From: Candidatus Dojkabacteria bacterium
Lineage (GTDB): Bacteria > Patescibacteriota > Dojkabacteria > J137
Direction: 5' to 3'
NCBI GenBank assembly: GCA_030834985.1
Contig: JAUQWV010000001.1
Coordinates: 192,680 to 256,679, forward strand
DNA length: 64,000 bases
In this document: positions 29,280 to 38,631 of the stretch, one piece after another
Layout of the letters: every line of letters begins with the position of its first letter
Numbering within the stretch: position 1 is the first letter of the stretch
Made by a program: the position numbers and the translations under genes
The notes under the pieces: generated by a model
Seen by the model: the letters and a program-made list of their open reading frames with translations, nothing else
Told to the model about the DNA's origin: nothing
The model's database searches: none

Positions 29280-32200
29280 ATGTCTTTTACACATTTACAT
29301 GTACACACAGAGTATTCACTTTTAGATGGTGTTAATAGAATTCCTGCTCTTTTTGCTAAGACACAGGAGCTAGGGATGGAGTCTATTGCATTAACAGATC
29401 ACGGTGTAATGTACGGTGCCGCTGAATTCTGGAAATTATCAAAAGACTTTCATATTAAGCCAATCCTCGGCTGTGAAATTTACGTTTCACCTAAAGAGCG
29501 TGGACTTCGAGAAGCTGTAAATGGTATTAAGTACTATCATCTTGTAATTCTTGCTAAAAATTTGACAGGCTATAGAAACTTGGTAAAGCTTGTATCAATT
29601 GGACAATTAGAAGGTATGTATTATAAGCCAAGAGTAGATCGGGAAACTCTAAGCAAATACTCAGAAGGTTTAATTTGTACATCTGCCTGTATGGCTGGCC
29701 CTTTATCTAAGCATATTTTACGTAATGAGTTAGACAAGGCCGAAGATTGGCTTAAATTTTTAAAATCAACATTTAAAGACAATTTTTATATTGAACTTCA
29801 AAGACATGGATTTGATGGTAGTGATGATTTAAATGGCACTAGTTACTTAGCAGATATATCTTCATTAAACAAAGACGAAGTTGCAGAGGAAGCAATAGAT
29901 GATGTTAATCAGCAAAAATACTGCAATATTAAACTTAGAGAATTTGCCGAAAAATATAAGGTTCCATTAGTTGCTACTACAGATGCGCACTATTTAAATA
30001 AAGACGATAAAAATGTTCAGAGTGTTTTATTTAGTATTAAAGATGGCACACTGTTAAGCGATACAGAATGTCGTAAAGGATACGAGGGCACATACTTACT
30101 TTCTCCTGATGAGATGTTTACAAAGTTTGCTGATGAAAAATCTGCAGTTGAAAATACAATGAAGATTGCAGATCAGATTGAGCCTTTTGGCTTAAAGTTT
30201 GAGCGTGTACAACCTAGATTCTGGAATGTGCCAAAAGGCTCTACTGCTAAAGATGAATTAAAAAAACAAACATATAGTGGCGCAATTAAGCGATATACCA
30301 ACTATCTCGGATTAGAAGACTCAGATAGGAAAAAGAAAAGCTTTGATGAAGCGATTGCTGATATTCAAGAGAATAATTATGTCAAGGCTACTAAATTACT
30401 TGGGCCTGAATTGGTTGAAAGAATTGAATATGAGTTAATGGTTATAGATAAGAAAGGCTACAACGACTACTTTTTAGTTGTTGGTGACTTAATGCAGTTT
30501 GGGAGACGCAACGGTATTCTAGTTGGAGCAAGAGGCTCGGCAGCAGGATCTGTTGTTGCTTACGCACTAGATATCACTAACGCCGAGCCTATACGGTGGG
30601 AATTATACTTTGAAAGATTCTTAAATCTAGAGCGTCCATCACCTCCTGATATTGATATGGATATACAAGACGATAGACGCGATGAAATTATTGAATATGC
30701 AAAGGAAAAATATGGTGAAGAATGCGTAGCTGCTATTTGTACATTTGGAAAGCTTAAAACAAAAGCAGCAATTCGTGATGTATCAAGGGTAATGGGAATT
30801 GATTTAAAAATGGCTGATAAGCTATCTAAAATGGTCACAGTATTATTCGGAAAGCCATTCACAATAGATAAAATGATGGAAACTAGTACTGAGTTCGCAT
30901 CTATTGTAAATGGTGATAGTCAGCTTACTGAAATGACAAATACTGTAAAAAAGATCGACGGTATGGCTAGGCATATTTCTACACATGCAGCCGGATATCT
31001 AATCACACCAGAACCAATTACTGAATATATGGCATTACAGCGAGATTCCAAAGATCCAGATAAAATCATAACCCAAATGGATGGTACCTATGTAGATAAG
31101 CTTGATTTTATGAAGTTTGACTTTTTAGGTTTAAGGACATTAACAATTATAAAAAATGCACTTGAATATATTGAAGCAAGACACGGCATAAAAATTGATA
31201 TTACAAGAATTCCTGAAGACGATAAAGAAGCATTTGCGCTATTTTCAAGGGCGGAGACGATTGGTGTGTTCCAATTTGAGTCTCCGCCCATGCAGCAATT
31301 TTTAAAAGAGCTGCAGCCAGAAAATATTGAAGATATATGTTTCTTGGCTGCAGCCTACAGACCTGGACCAATGAAATATATTCCAGACTATATCTTATGT
31401 AAACACGGTAAAAAGCAGGCTGAATATCTAATTCCTGAGCTTGAACCTATATTAAATAAGACATTTGGATATCCAATTTATCAAGAGCAGCTTCTTAAAA
31501 TCTGTATGGATTTAGCAGGATTCACCTTAGCTGATGGTGATGTTATTAGGAACGCCTTAAAAAAGAAGCAACTAGATATCTTAAAAGAGAAAGAACCATA
31601 CTTTAAAAATAATTTTATGGAAAAGTTTGGTTATTCACAAGATATAGCTAATAAGCTTTGGAAGCAGTTGGAACCTTTTTCTGATTATGGATTTAATAAA
31701 GCTCATTCAGCAAGTTATGCCGTTGTGGCATATTGGTGTGCATACCTCAAGGCACACTATCCGTTGGAATTCATTACTGCTTTAATTCACTCCGACTTAG
31801 AAAACTTAGACAGAGTAAGCATCGACATTCAAGAAGCTAGACGAATGGGATACGATGTTCTTGCTCCAGATATTAATAAGTCTGTTATATATTTTGTTCC
31901 TGGGAATGACAACAGTATTCGATTCGGCTTAGGCGCCATTAAGAATGTTGGAATTAAAGTTTGTGAACGGGTAATTGAAGAACGTAATAATGGTGAATAT
32001 TTAAATCTTGATGATTTTGTTAATAGGGTTGGAACTGAATATGTAAATAAAAGAGCACTTGAAGCTCTAATAAAATCAGGCGCAATGGATGCATTTGGTG
32101 ATCGTAATGCGCTACTTAAAGTAATGGCAGAAGTTTTGCAAAAAGCTAGCAATAAAAATAAAAAGCGTGATGAAGCACAAACAGATCTTTTTGGATTTGG

Positions 32201-32876
32201 ATTGGAAGACAACAGTGGGCAAATCCAGCAGCAGTACTTCGATGCTACTCCGCTACCAGATGTTGAAGCTACAACCGACCACGATAAGATGACTTGGGAA
32301 AAAGAATATCTGGGCTTATTCATTTCAACTCATCCTCTTAATAAATTTTCATGGGTAGAGGTTTTTCCTGATTATGTTTCTGCAAATAAAATCGAAGAAA
32401 TCCGTTCAGGAAAAACCATAAAAATGCTCTGTATGCTTAACTCATTTAAATTTGTTTATACAAAAAAAGATAACTCAAGAATGGCTGTTATGACTTTAGA
32501 AGATATGACAGGTAAAGCGGATGCAGTAATGTTTCCTAATACATTTGAGAAATATAAACAATACTTAAATGAATCTTCAGTATTAATAGTTAGAGGATTA
32601 GTCAATGAGCGCGAAGATAGAAAATCGATTATTATCAATAGCCTAGAACATGCAAATGTTTTAGACGAACCAAAAAAAATAGTTGTTGATATAACTGGAG
32701 TTACCGATAAAGAAGAACTTAATTGCTTAAAAACCGTCTTAACCGACCAAGAGCAACCTACAGAAGTAAAAATTATTTACGGTACTAAAAGCAAACCAAA
32801 AATATTTACTAAGTTTGCAAATTTAAAAGATACAAATACTCGTGAATGTTTAAAAAAATGGGTTATAATTGAGTAG
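29280..32876 (+). CDS. dnaE: DNA polymerase III alpha subunit (DnaE-type replicative polymerase)
   Basis: PHP domain LHVHTEYSLLDG, polymerase core and OB fold. Length is 1198 aa. Confidence 0.95.
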   Translation: MSFTHLHVHTEYSLLDGVNRIPALFAKTQELGMESIALTDHGVMYGAAEFWKLSKDFHIKPILGCEIYVSPKERGLREAVNGIKYYHLVILAKNLTGYRNLVKLVSIGQLEGMYYKPRVDRETLSKYSEGLICTSACMAGPLSKHILRNELDKAEDWLKFLKSTFKDNFYIELQRHGFDGSDDLNGTSYLADISSLNKDEVAEEAIDDVNQQKYCNIKLREFAEKYKVPLVATTDAHYLNKDDKNVQSVLFSIKDGTLLSDTECRKGYEGTYLLSPDEMFTKFADEKSAVENTMKIADQIEPFGLKFERVQPRFWNVPKGSTAKDELKKQTYSGAIKRYTNYLGLEDSDRKKKSFDEAIADIQENNYVKATKLLGPELVERIEYELMVIDKKGYNDYFLVVGDLMQFGRRNGILVGARGSAAGSVVAYALDITNAEPIRWELYFERFLNLERPSPPDIDMDIQDDRRDEIIEYAKEKYGEECVAAICTFGKLKTKAAIRDVSRVMGIDLKMADKLSKMVTVLFGKPFTIDKMMETSTEFASIVNGDSQLTEMTNTVKKIDGMARHISTHAAGYLITPEPITEYMALQRDSKDPDKIITQMDGTYVDKLDFMKFDFLGLRTLTIIKNALEYIEARHGIKIDITRIPEDDKEAFALFSRAETIGVFQFESPPMQQFLKELQPENIEDICFLAAAYRPGPMKYIPDYILCKHGKKQAEYLIPELEPILNKTFGYPIYQEQLLKICMDLAGFTLADGDVIRNALKKKQLDILKEKEPYFKNNFMEKFGYSQDIANKLWKQLEPFSDYGFNKAHSASYAVVAYWCAYLKAHYPLEFITALIHSDLENLDRVSIDIQEARRMGYDVLAPDINKSVIYFVPGNDNSIRFGLGAIKNVGIKVCERVIEERNNGEYLNLDDFVNRVGTEYVNKRALEALIKSGAMDAFGDRNALLKVMAEVLQKASNKNKKRDEAQTDLFGFGLEDNSGQIQQQYFDATPLPDVEATTDHDKMTWEKEYLGLFISTHPLNKFSWVEVFPDYVSANKIEEIRSGKTIKMLCMLNSFKFVYTKKDNSRMAVMTLEDMTGKADAVMFPNTFEKYKQYLNESSVLIVRGLVNEREDRKSIIINSLEHANVLDEPKKIVVDITGVTDKEELNCLKTVLTDQEQPTEVKIIYGTKSKPKIFTKFANLKDTNTRECLKKWVIIE

Positions 32877-33228
32877 AAATTTTCAACTTATGGAGAAACC
32901 AAATAATACAATATTTGAAGTTGATACTACAGTACTAAAAGAACCTTTCAATAATTTACCCACTATATTAAAGAAAGCACTAGAAAATTCTCACGAAATT
33001 GAAAAAGTTGTTGGTAATATTACTGAATTCAATAATGATATTAATAAAATAATAAATTCACTTATAACTGGCAATATAGGTAAATCTGAATTAAATTTAC
33101 TAAAACATAATTACTATGTTTTGGTAACAGTCCTTCCTGAGCATGAAAAGCTAATAGACGATTTAATTATATACTTATCGGAAAAATCAGGAGTAGTCCC
33201 TCATTTAAAAGATAAATTATCTGCTTAA
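32869..33228 (+). CDS. Hypothetical protein overlapping the dnaE stop
   Basis: ORF only. The 8-nt overlap with dnaE suggests co-transcription. Confidence 0.45.
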   Translation: MSRNFQLMEKPNNTIFEVDTTVLKEPFNNLPTILKKALENSHEIEKVVGNITEFNNDINKIINSLITGNIGKSELNLLKHNYYVLVTVLPEHEKLIDDLIIYLSEKSGVVPHLKDKLSA

Positions 33229-33236
33229 CTTCTTAT

Positions 33237-34037
33237 TTGTTATTCCAATCAAATATGTCTAGTAACGGTTTGTTTAGGGAATCAGTAGATTATAGAGCTT
33301 TGCAACCAATGTCTCCTGGATCTAAAAGATTTTGTGATTTGCTAAGAGAGCCAGGCAATGCTGCTTCCGATCAAGAACAACAAGCATTTAATACAATTGC
33401 AGATGAACTAGAAAAGTTCTTAAAAAATAGATCAGAAGCTTCTGAAGAAATATTTGATGAAGCGTACCAAACTATTACAGCTCTAATTACAGATAGTACA
33501 CCGCACTATGTTGTTGAAATGCTTGAACTATGTAGAACGGTGGTAGCATCTTGTATTGGTAGTAAGCCATTTGAAGATGATATTTTACAGTTTTTAAATT
33601 CATTAAATATTTTAACTGGCGAAGAGCTTGTAAGCGCATTAGTAGATAAAACTGAAGTTCCAGCAGAAGTAATCGAATCAATGAGAAGATTAAAACCGCT
33701 CGTAAGTGAGTTGATAGCAATAAAACGTAGAGCCGAAATCGGCAATACTACATTTGAGCAGAGCGATATACCAAGCAAACTAGAGCATTTAATAGCTAAA
33801 ATCAGTGAAGAAATCGAGATTTGCGGAGGATTTTTAAGTTCTGAATACTTTGCCACACAAATATTAGCTAATTTAAGATTTTTAGATACAGCCTTGAAGG
33901 GAATAGAAGAAAGACACCGGAGATTAGCAGATACAAGTGCAGAAATTATTCAAGCTAGCGATTATTTACAAAAACAGATTATTCAAAATGCGCCTAAAGC
34001 AATAGAGGAACCATGCGAACTTGTAGACGAAGCTTAA
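33237..34037 (+). CDS. Hypothetical protein
   Basis: ORF ending at the bidirectional terminator. No recognisable motifs. Confidence 0.45.
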   Translation: MLFQSNMSSNGLFRESVDYRALQPMSPGSKRFCDLLREPGNAASDQEQQAFNTIADELEKFLKNRSEASEEIFDEAYQTITALITDSTPHYVVEMLELCRTVVASCIGSKPFEDDILQFLNSLNILTGEELVSALVDKTEVPAEVIESMRRLKPLVSELIAIKRRAEIGNTTFEQSDIPSKLEHLIAKISEEIEICGGFLSSEYFATQILANLRFLDTALKGIEERHRRLADTSAEIIQASDYLQKQIIQNAPKAIEEPCELVDEA

Positions 34038-34066
34038 AAAAGGGCTCCTTTCAGGAGCCCTTTTAA
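34036..34066. terminator. Bidirectional rho-independent terminator between convergent genes (hypothetical+ and dnaK-)
   Basis: AAAAAAGGGCTCC-tttca-GGAGCCCTTTT. Perfect 7-bp GC-rich stem flanked by an A-tract and a T-tract. Confidence 0.8.
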
Positions 34067-34084
34067 ATCATCATAAATTTAACT

Positions 34085-36004
34085 TTATTCAATTACTTCT
34101 CCTTCAGCCGGCTCATCTTTTTTCTTATCATTATTATCACTATTAGTATTACTGCTATCGGCTTCTGAAGTGTTAGCCGCTGCATTTGGATCTTCCTGAT
34201 ATATTTTGCTACCTGCATCTTGTGTTTTTTGTACTAATTCATCGTATGCTTTTTTAACTTCATCAACATTAAAGTCTTCCTTGGATATCATATCTTTTAA
34301 GGCCACTGATTTATCGGTTAATTCTTTTTTTAAGTCTTCACCTATTTTGTCACCATAATCTTTAACTAACTTCTCAGTTTGATAAACCAATGTTTCAGCC
34401 TCATTTTTAGTCTTTAATCTATTTAGAATTTCGTCATCTTTTGCCTTGTTTTCAGCAGCTTCCTTTACTCTTCTATCAATTTCTTCTTGATCTAAGTGAG
34501 TAGAGGCCGTAATAGTAATACTCTGCTCTTTTTCTGTTTTTACATCTTTAGCCTTAACATTCAAAATTCCATTTGCATCCAGCTTAAAGGTAATAGCAAA
34601 TCTTGGCACACCTCTTGGTGCAGGAGGAATATCCTCTAACCTAAAGCTTCCTAGCACTTTATTATCTTTTGCTAATGGCCTTTCACCTTGAAGTACTTTT
34701 ACATCTATTGCAGGTTGATTATCAACTGCTGTTGTAAACATATCCTCTGTTTTTTCAGTCGGAATTGTTGTATTTCTAGGGATAATTACATGCATTTCAC
34801 CCATATTAACTTCAAGACCTAGCGATAGTGGAGTTACGTCCAATAGAGTAATATCCTGTACGCTAGAATCTCCTGCCAATACTGCAGCTTGGATAGCAGC
34901 ACCAACTGCTACAACTTCATCAGGATTTACAGATTGATTTGGCTTTTTACCAAAGAACTCCTCTACTTTCTTAATTACTAAAGGCATTCTTGTCATACCG
35001 CCAACCATTATTACTTCTTCAATATCTGACTTATTTAAGCCCGCATCTGTTATTGCTTTTTGTACAGAATCAAAAGTTTTATCTACTAATTCGCCAACTA
35101 AGTTTTCGAACTGAGCACGTGTTAACTGCAGTCTAAAATGCTTAGGTCCTTTTGCATCCGCAGTAATGTATGGTAAATTCACATCTGTTGCCTCAGAGCT
35201 AGATAATGCAACTTTTGCTTTTTCAGCAGCTTCCTTTAATCTTTGTAGAGCTGCTGCATCTTCTTTTAGATCTATTCCCTGCTCTTTTTTAAATTCTGCA
35301 ATAAAGTAGTCGATCAGTTTCTGATCAAAGTCGTCTCCACCTAAGTGTGTATCACCTGCTGTTGATTTAACTTCATAAACTCCATCTCCGATATCTAATA
35401 TCGAAATATCAAATGTACCACCACCTAAGTCGTATACCGCAATAGTTTGGTCTCCTTTTTTATCCAATCCATAAGCAATTGCAGCAGCAGTAGGCTCGTT
35501 GATAATTCTTTTTACGTCAAAGCCGGCGATTTTGCCAGCGTTCTTAGTTGCTTGCCTTTGTGAATCATCAAAATACGCCGGCACAGTAATAACGGCATCT
35601 GTAATCGGTTCACCTAAATAAGCTTCAGCATCTGTCTTTATTTTAGCTAATACTTTTGCCGAGATAACTTCTGGAGCAATCCATTCGTTACCAAATTGAA
35701 TTTCAACCCCACCTTTATCGCTTTTTCTTATTTGAAAAGGTAATAATTCTAAGTCTTTCTGTACCTCAACATCCTCAAACCTTCGGCCAATCAACCTTTT
35801 AATTGAATAAAAGGTTTGTTCTGGATTTGTAACCATCTGGTTTTTTGCGGTTATACCTACAATCTCACTTGTGTTATCGATTGCTACAACTGAAGGTATA
35901 AGGCGAGATCCTTCTTTACTAGTAATAACTTCAGGTTTACCTGCCTGTACAAAAGCAACAGCAGAGTTTGTTGTACCTAAGTCAATTCCAACTACTTTTC
36001 CCAT
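34085..36004 (-). CDS. dnaK: Molecular chaperone DnaK (Hsp70)
   Basis: [19 protein letters not shown] and full Hsp70 architecture. Confidence 0.95.
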   Translation of the reverse strand: MGKVVGIDLGTTNSAVAFVQAGKPEVITSKEGSRLIPSVVAIDNTSEIVGITAKNQMVTNPEQTFYSIKRLIGRRFEDVEVQKDLELLPFQIRKSDKGGVEIQFGNEWIAPEVISAKVLAKIKTDAEAYLGEPITDAVITVPAYFDDSQRQATKNAGKIAGFDVKRIINEPTAAAIAYGLDKKGDQTIAVYDLGGGTFDISILDIGDGVYEVKSTAGDTHLGGDDFDQKLIDYFIAEFKKEQGIDLKEDAAALQRLKEAAEKAKVALSSSEATDVNLPYITADAKGPKHFRLQLTRAQFENLVGELVDKTFDSVQKAITDAGLNKSDIEEVIMVGGMTRMPLVIKKVEEFFGKKPNQSVNPDEVVAVGAAIQAAVLAGDSSVQDITLLDVTPLSLGLEVNMGEMHVIIPRNTTIPTEKTEDMFTTAVDNQPAIDVKVLQGERPLAKDNKVLGSFRLEDIPPAPRGVPRFAITFKLDANGILNVKAKDVKTEKEQSITITASTHLDQEEIDRRVKEAAENKAKDDEILNRLKTKNEAETLVYQTEKLVKDYGDKIGEDLKKELTDKSVALKDMISKEDFNVDEVKKAYDELVQKTQDAGSKIYQEDPNAAANTSEADSSNTNSDNNDKKKDEPAEGEVIE

Positions 36005-36032
36005 ATATAAAACTTTAATATCTTAATTTAAA

Positions 36033-36073
36033 TTAGCACTCTAATTCTATACCTGCTAATTTAACATTGTCAA
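36033..36073 (-). promoter_or_regulatory. dnaK-proximal sigma-70-like promoter (TTGACA-N18-TAGAAT) overlapped by a CIRCE-like inverted repeat TTAGCAGGT-N9-GAGTGCTAA
   Basis: Minus-strand reading TTGACAatgttaaaTTAGCAGGTatagaattaGAGTGCTAA. The right arm is a 9/9 match to CIRCE and the left arm is 6/9. Confidence 0.6.
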
Positions 36074-36231
36074 ATAAATTTACCTAATATAGCGAATAAT
36101 ACCAGCAGTAATGCAAAACCAATAGCCATTAATATTACCACTATATTTCCTATCTTTCGGTTTGCTTTCTTAACTGTTTTTTCTACTTTGTTTATATCTT
36201 TGGCGATCTCGTGCCTAACCTCTGGGTCCAT
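36070..36231 (-). CDS. Small (53 aa) membrane protein, not in the ORF track, between the unknown gene and dnaK
   Basis: ATG...TGA ORF MDPEVRHEIAKDINKVEKTVKKANRKIGNIVVILMAIGFALLLVLFAILGKFI with a C-terminal transmembrane helix. 8-nt gap from the upstream gene. Confidence 0.4.
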   Translation of the reverse strand: MDPEVRHEIAKDINKVEKTVKKANRKIGNIVVILMAIGFALLLVLFAILGKFI

Positions 36232-36239
36232 AATTAGAA

Positions 36240-36884
36240 TTAAATTTCAACTAATGAGTTAATAAATCTAATAAAGTGTGTTCTCATTTTACACTTAGGC
36301 TTTTGCAATGCTAAATCAATTATCTGTTCGTGTTCATCTGCAGTTAAACCTACTGAAGCGATGTAATGTATCAAATTCCTATAATTAATTTCCGATGGAT
36401 TGTTTGGAGCTAACAAGCATATTGCTTTTTCTAATGCAGAGTAAGGAACATCGGGCGATAAAGTCATAACATTACTGATAATTTTTAAAGTATTATCAAG
36501 GTCATGCATTAACAGTATGTTAAGAATCGCACCTTCTATTGACTCTGGTCTAAGCCCTTTTATAGCTTGAAGAGTTTGAATCTGCGCTAAAAGATCATTA
36601 TATGGATTCTCTTTATAGTGTTCTAATTCGTCATGAGCAAATTTTAAATGTGCTTTTGACGCTGCAACAATTAAACGCATAAGTATTCTATTACTTATGC
36701 TGAAAAGTTCTTCTTCTGAAAGTCCAAGCAGCCAGTTAACATCCAAAGATATTCCGTTATTGCGAAAAAACTCTGCATCAGCTTCGCTTTGCCCCCCTCT
36801 AAAGTTTAACTGAAATCGCGAAATAACATTGATTTTAGATTGAGTTATTGCATCGTAGACCTTTGTCCAATTATCTTCAACCAT
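36240..36884 (-). CDS. Hypothetical protein inserted between grpE and dnaK
   Basis: 214-aa ORF. 5-nt gap after the grpE stop. Confidence 0.5.
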   Translation of the reverse strand: MVEDNWTKVYDAITQSKINVISRFQLNFRGGQSEADAEFFRNNGISLDVNWLLGLSEEELFSISNRILMRLIVAASKAHLKFAHDELEHYKENPYNDLLAQIQTLQAIKGLRPESIEGAILNILLMHDLDNTLKIISNVMTLSPDVPYSALEKAICLLAPNNPSEINYRNLIHYIASVGLTADEHEQIIDLALQKPKCKMRTHFIRFINSLVEI

Positions 36885-36889
36885 AATGT

Positions 36890-37834
36890 TTATTTTCCGA
36901 CAACTACTTTAGCCGGTTTTAATATAAAGTCTTTGTCTTTATATTTAAAAGCAGATGAAACTACAGCAACTACTTTGTTTTTTTGTTCTTCTGAAGCTGG
37001 AATTGCAGAGACTGCTTCCATTTTTTCTTTATCAAATTCTTCGCCAACTTGAACATTAATTATCTCAATACCTACTGCAGCTGCAGCTAGAAGTATTTTA
37101 TCCTGAGCAGATTTTAGAGACACCTTTGCATGCTCAAGATTTAGGTTTTCATCATTAAGTGCCAGGTGTAAATCATCGTAGATTTCAAGCATCTCACGTA
37201 TTAATCCCATATTCGAAATTGCACCCCAAGTTGACCTTTCCTGATCAATTCTTTTTTGATAATTCTGAAAGTCAGCCATAACTTGTATTCTTTTCATACG
37301 CTCTTCTTCTAGTTGAGCTTGAAGCCGTAGCATATCTGTTTCACCATTAACCTGTTCTTTAACTTCATCCATATCTTCAAGTGCAGGTTCTGAAATAGGG
37401 ACTATGTAAAGTATTACAGGCGCATCTTTTTCAAGAATCTCTAATTTGTTATGCAGTTGCTGTTTAACAACATTATTATTATTTAGCGCATCAAATCTTT
37501 TTTTAAAATCTTCAAAGTTTTCAACTTTGTAATAAACAGCATAATGGTGATTATTGTGATTATGGATATGAGGTTTAGCAATTTTAAAATCTACTAACTC
37601 AAAATCTTCTAGTTTAACTGGATTATTAAGTTTGTATAAGGTTCCTCTTTCATCTTCAAATTCGGGATTACCTATATTATCAGCTTCCTTTTTACTTTTC
37701 TGGTACTCTTCTAAATTGTATGTAAACATTGTTAAATGATCCAAAATCATTGGATAGCCATTAAAGTATCTGTTTTTCAAATCTAAACTGGATTGAAATA
37801 TATCTGAAACTTGTTCTAAAAAACTTTTTTCCAT
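36890..37834 (-). CDS. grpE: GrpE nucleotide exchange factor with a roughly 170-aa His-rich N-terminal extension
   Basis: C-terminal 140 aa contains ADFQNYQKR, a helical region and a beta-domain like GrpE. The N-terminal part (HIHNHNNHH) has no GrpE similarity. Confidence 0.75.
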   Translation of the reverse strand: MEKSFLEQVSDIFQSSLDLKNRYFNGYPMILDHLTMFTYNLEEYQKSKKEADNIGNPEFEDERGTLYKLNNPVKLEDFELVDFKIAKPHIHNHNNHHYAVYYKVENFEDFKKRFDALNNNNVVKQQLHNKLEILEKDAPVILYIVPISEPALEDMDEVKEQVNGETDMLRLQAQLEEERMKRIQVMADFQNYQKRIDQERSTWGAISNMGLIREMLEIYDDLHLALNDENLNLEHAKVSLKSAQDKILLAAAAVGIEIINVQVGEEFDKEKMEAVSAIPASEEQKNKVVAVVSSAFKYKDKDFILKPAKVVVGK

Positions 37835-37837
37835 AAC

Positions 37838-38569
37838 TTAGGCGCTTAATAAATATCTAATAGTGTCAGTTATATATTTTACAGCAGGAATAATGTTTAA
37901 GTAATCCATTCTATTAGGCCCGATTACCGCTATGTATCCACGCTGTGAATTCATTACACGTATTTCTGAAAATATTACAGCATAATCTGTGAATAGTGAA
38001 TTTTCAGCTTCTTCTCCAATAATTATATTTATTTCGTCATCCGAAGTACCTTTGTTTAGGATCTCAGAAAGAGTAAAGTAATCTTCCATCAATTTTAAGA
38101 TTCTTCTTAAGTTATCGTATTCTTTAAATTCAGGTATATTTACCATCTCCGATAAGCCAGCATAGTAAAGTTCGTTCTCTATAATTGCTACTGAAGGATT
38201 TAGAGATAATCTAGAAAGCTCAAACATCGCTTTTCTAATCAAATTTTTTGTATTTGGCCGTAAACCGTATAGCTCTTCTTTAATCTTCTCTTTAGTAACT
38301 TCGTCAATTTGGTTAAGTTCTTCGGTAGAAAGCGATTCAATAAAAAAGCGCCATCCTTTAGTTGTTGGGATTCGTCCGCCGCTATTATGTTTTTGGAATA
38401 AATATCCTAAGTTGACTAATGCTGCCATTTCATTACGAATAGTAGCAGGGCTTAAATCAAGCTTATACTTACTTTGAAGACTAATTGAGCCTACAGCCTC
38501 AGCGGTTTTAGTAAATTCTCTAATGATGCTTAAAAGCAGGTCTTGTTGTCTTTGAGTTAGTTCGGACAT
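37838..38569 (-). CDS. hrcA: HrcA heat-inducible repressor, short form at 243 aa
   Basis: N-terminal wHTH LTQRQQDLLLSIIREF..VGS..L......LSPATIRNEMAALVNLGYL matches HrcA. Confidence 0.75.
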   Translation of the reverse strand: MSELTQRQQDLLLSIIREFTKTAEAVGSISLQSKYKLDLSPATIRNEMAALVNLGYLFQKHNSGGRIPTTKGWRFFIESLSTEELNQIDEVTKEKIKEELYGLRPNTKNLIRKAMFELSRLSLNPSVAIIENELYYAGLSEMVNIPEFKEYDNLRRILKLMEDYFTLSEILNKGTSDDEINIIIGEEAENSLFTDYAVIFSEIRVMNSQRGYIAVIGPNRMDYLNIIPAVKYITDTIRYLLSA

Positions 38570-38604
38570 TATTGTTACTTAAAACTGTTCAAGTTTACCA
38601 CACA

Positions 38605-38631
38605 TTGGCACAATCCGTTAACACCTGCTAA
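38605..38631 (-). promoter_or_regulatory. Degenerate CIRCE-like element TTAGCAGGT-N9-TTGTGCCAA upstream of hrcA, overlapping the mutS stop
   Basis: Shares the exact TTAGCAGGT arm and the 9-nt spacer length with the dnaK-proximal element. Confidence 0.4.

Noticed and set aside
30560-33856. Antisense ORFs within dnaE (30560-30862, 31088-31291, 31829-32323, 32456-32638) and within the 266-aa hypothetical (33487-33856)
   Set aside because: They are opposite-strand ORFs of a highly conserved polymerase gene, so very unlikely to be real. The 33506-33856 ORF competes with an equally unsupported + ORF, and I kept the + ORF because of operon context and the terminator.
38570-38627. A recognisable sigma-70 promoter for hrcA in the 58-bp mutS-hrcA spacer
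   Set aside because: No convincing -35/-10 pair could be found. Only the degenerate CIRCE-like repeat is evident. hrcA may be co-transcribed from within or upstream of mutS.
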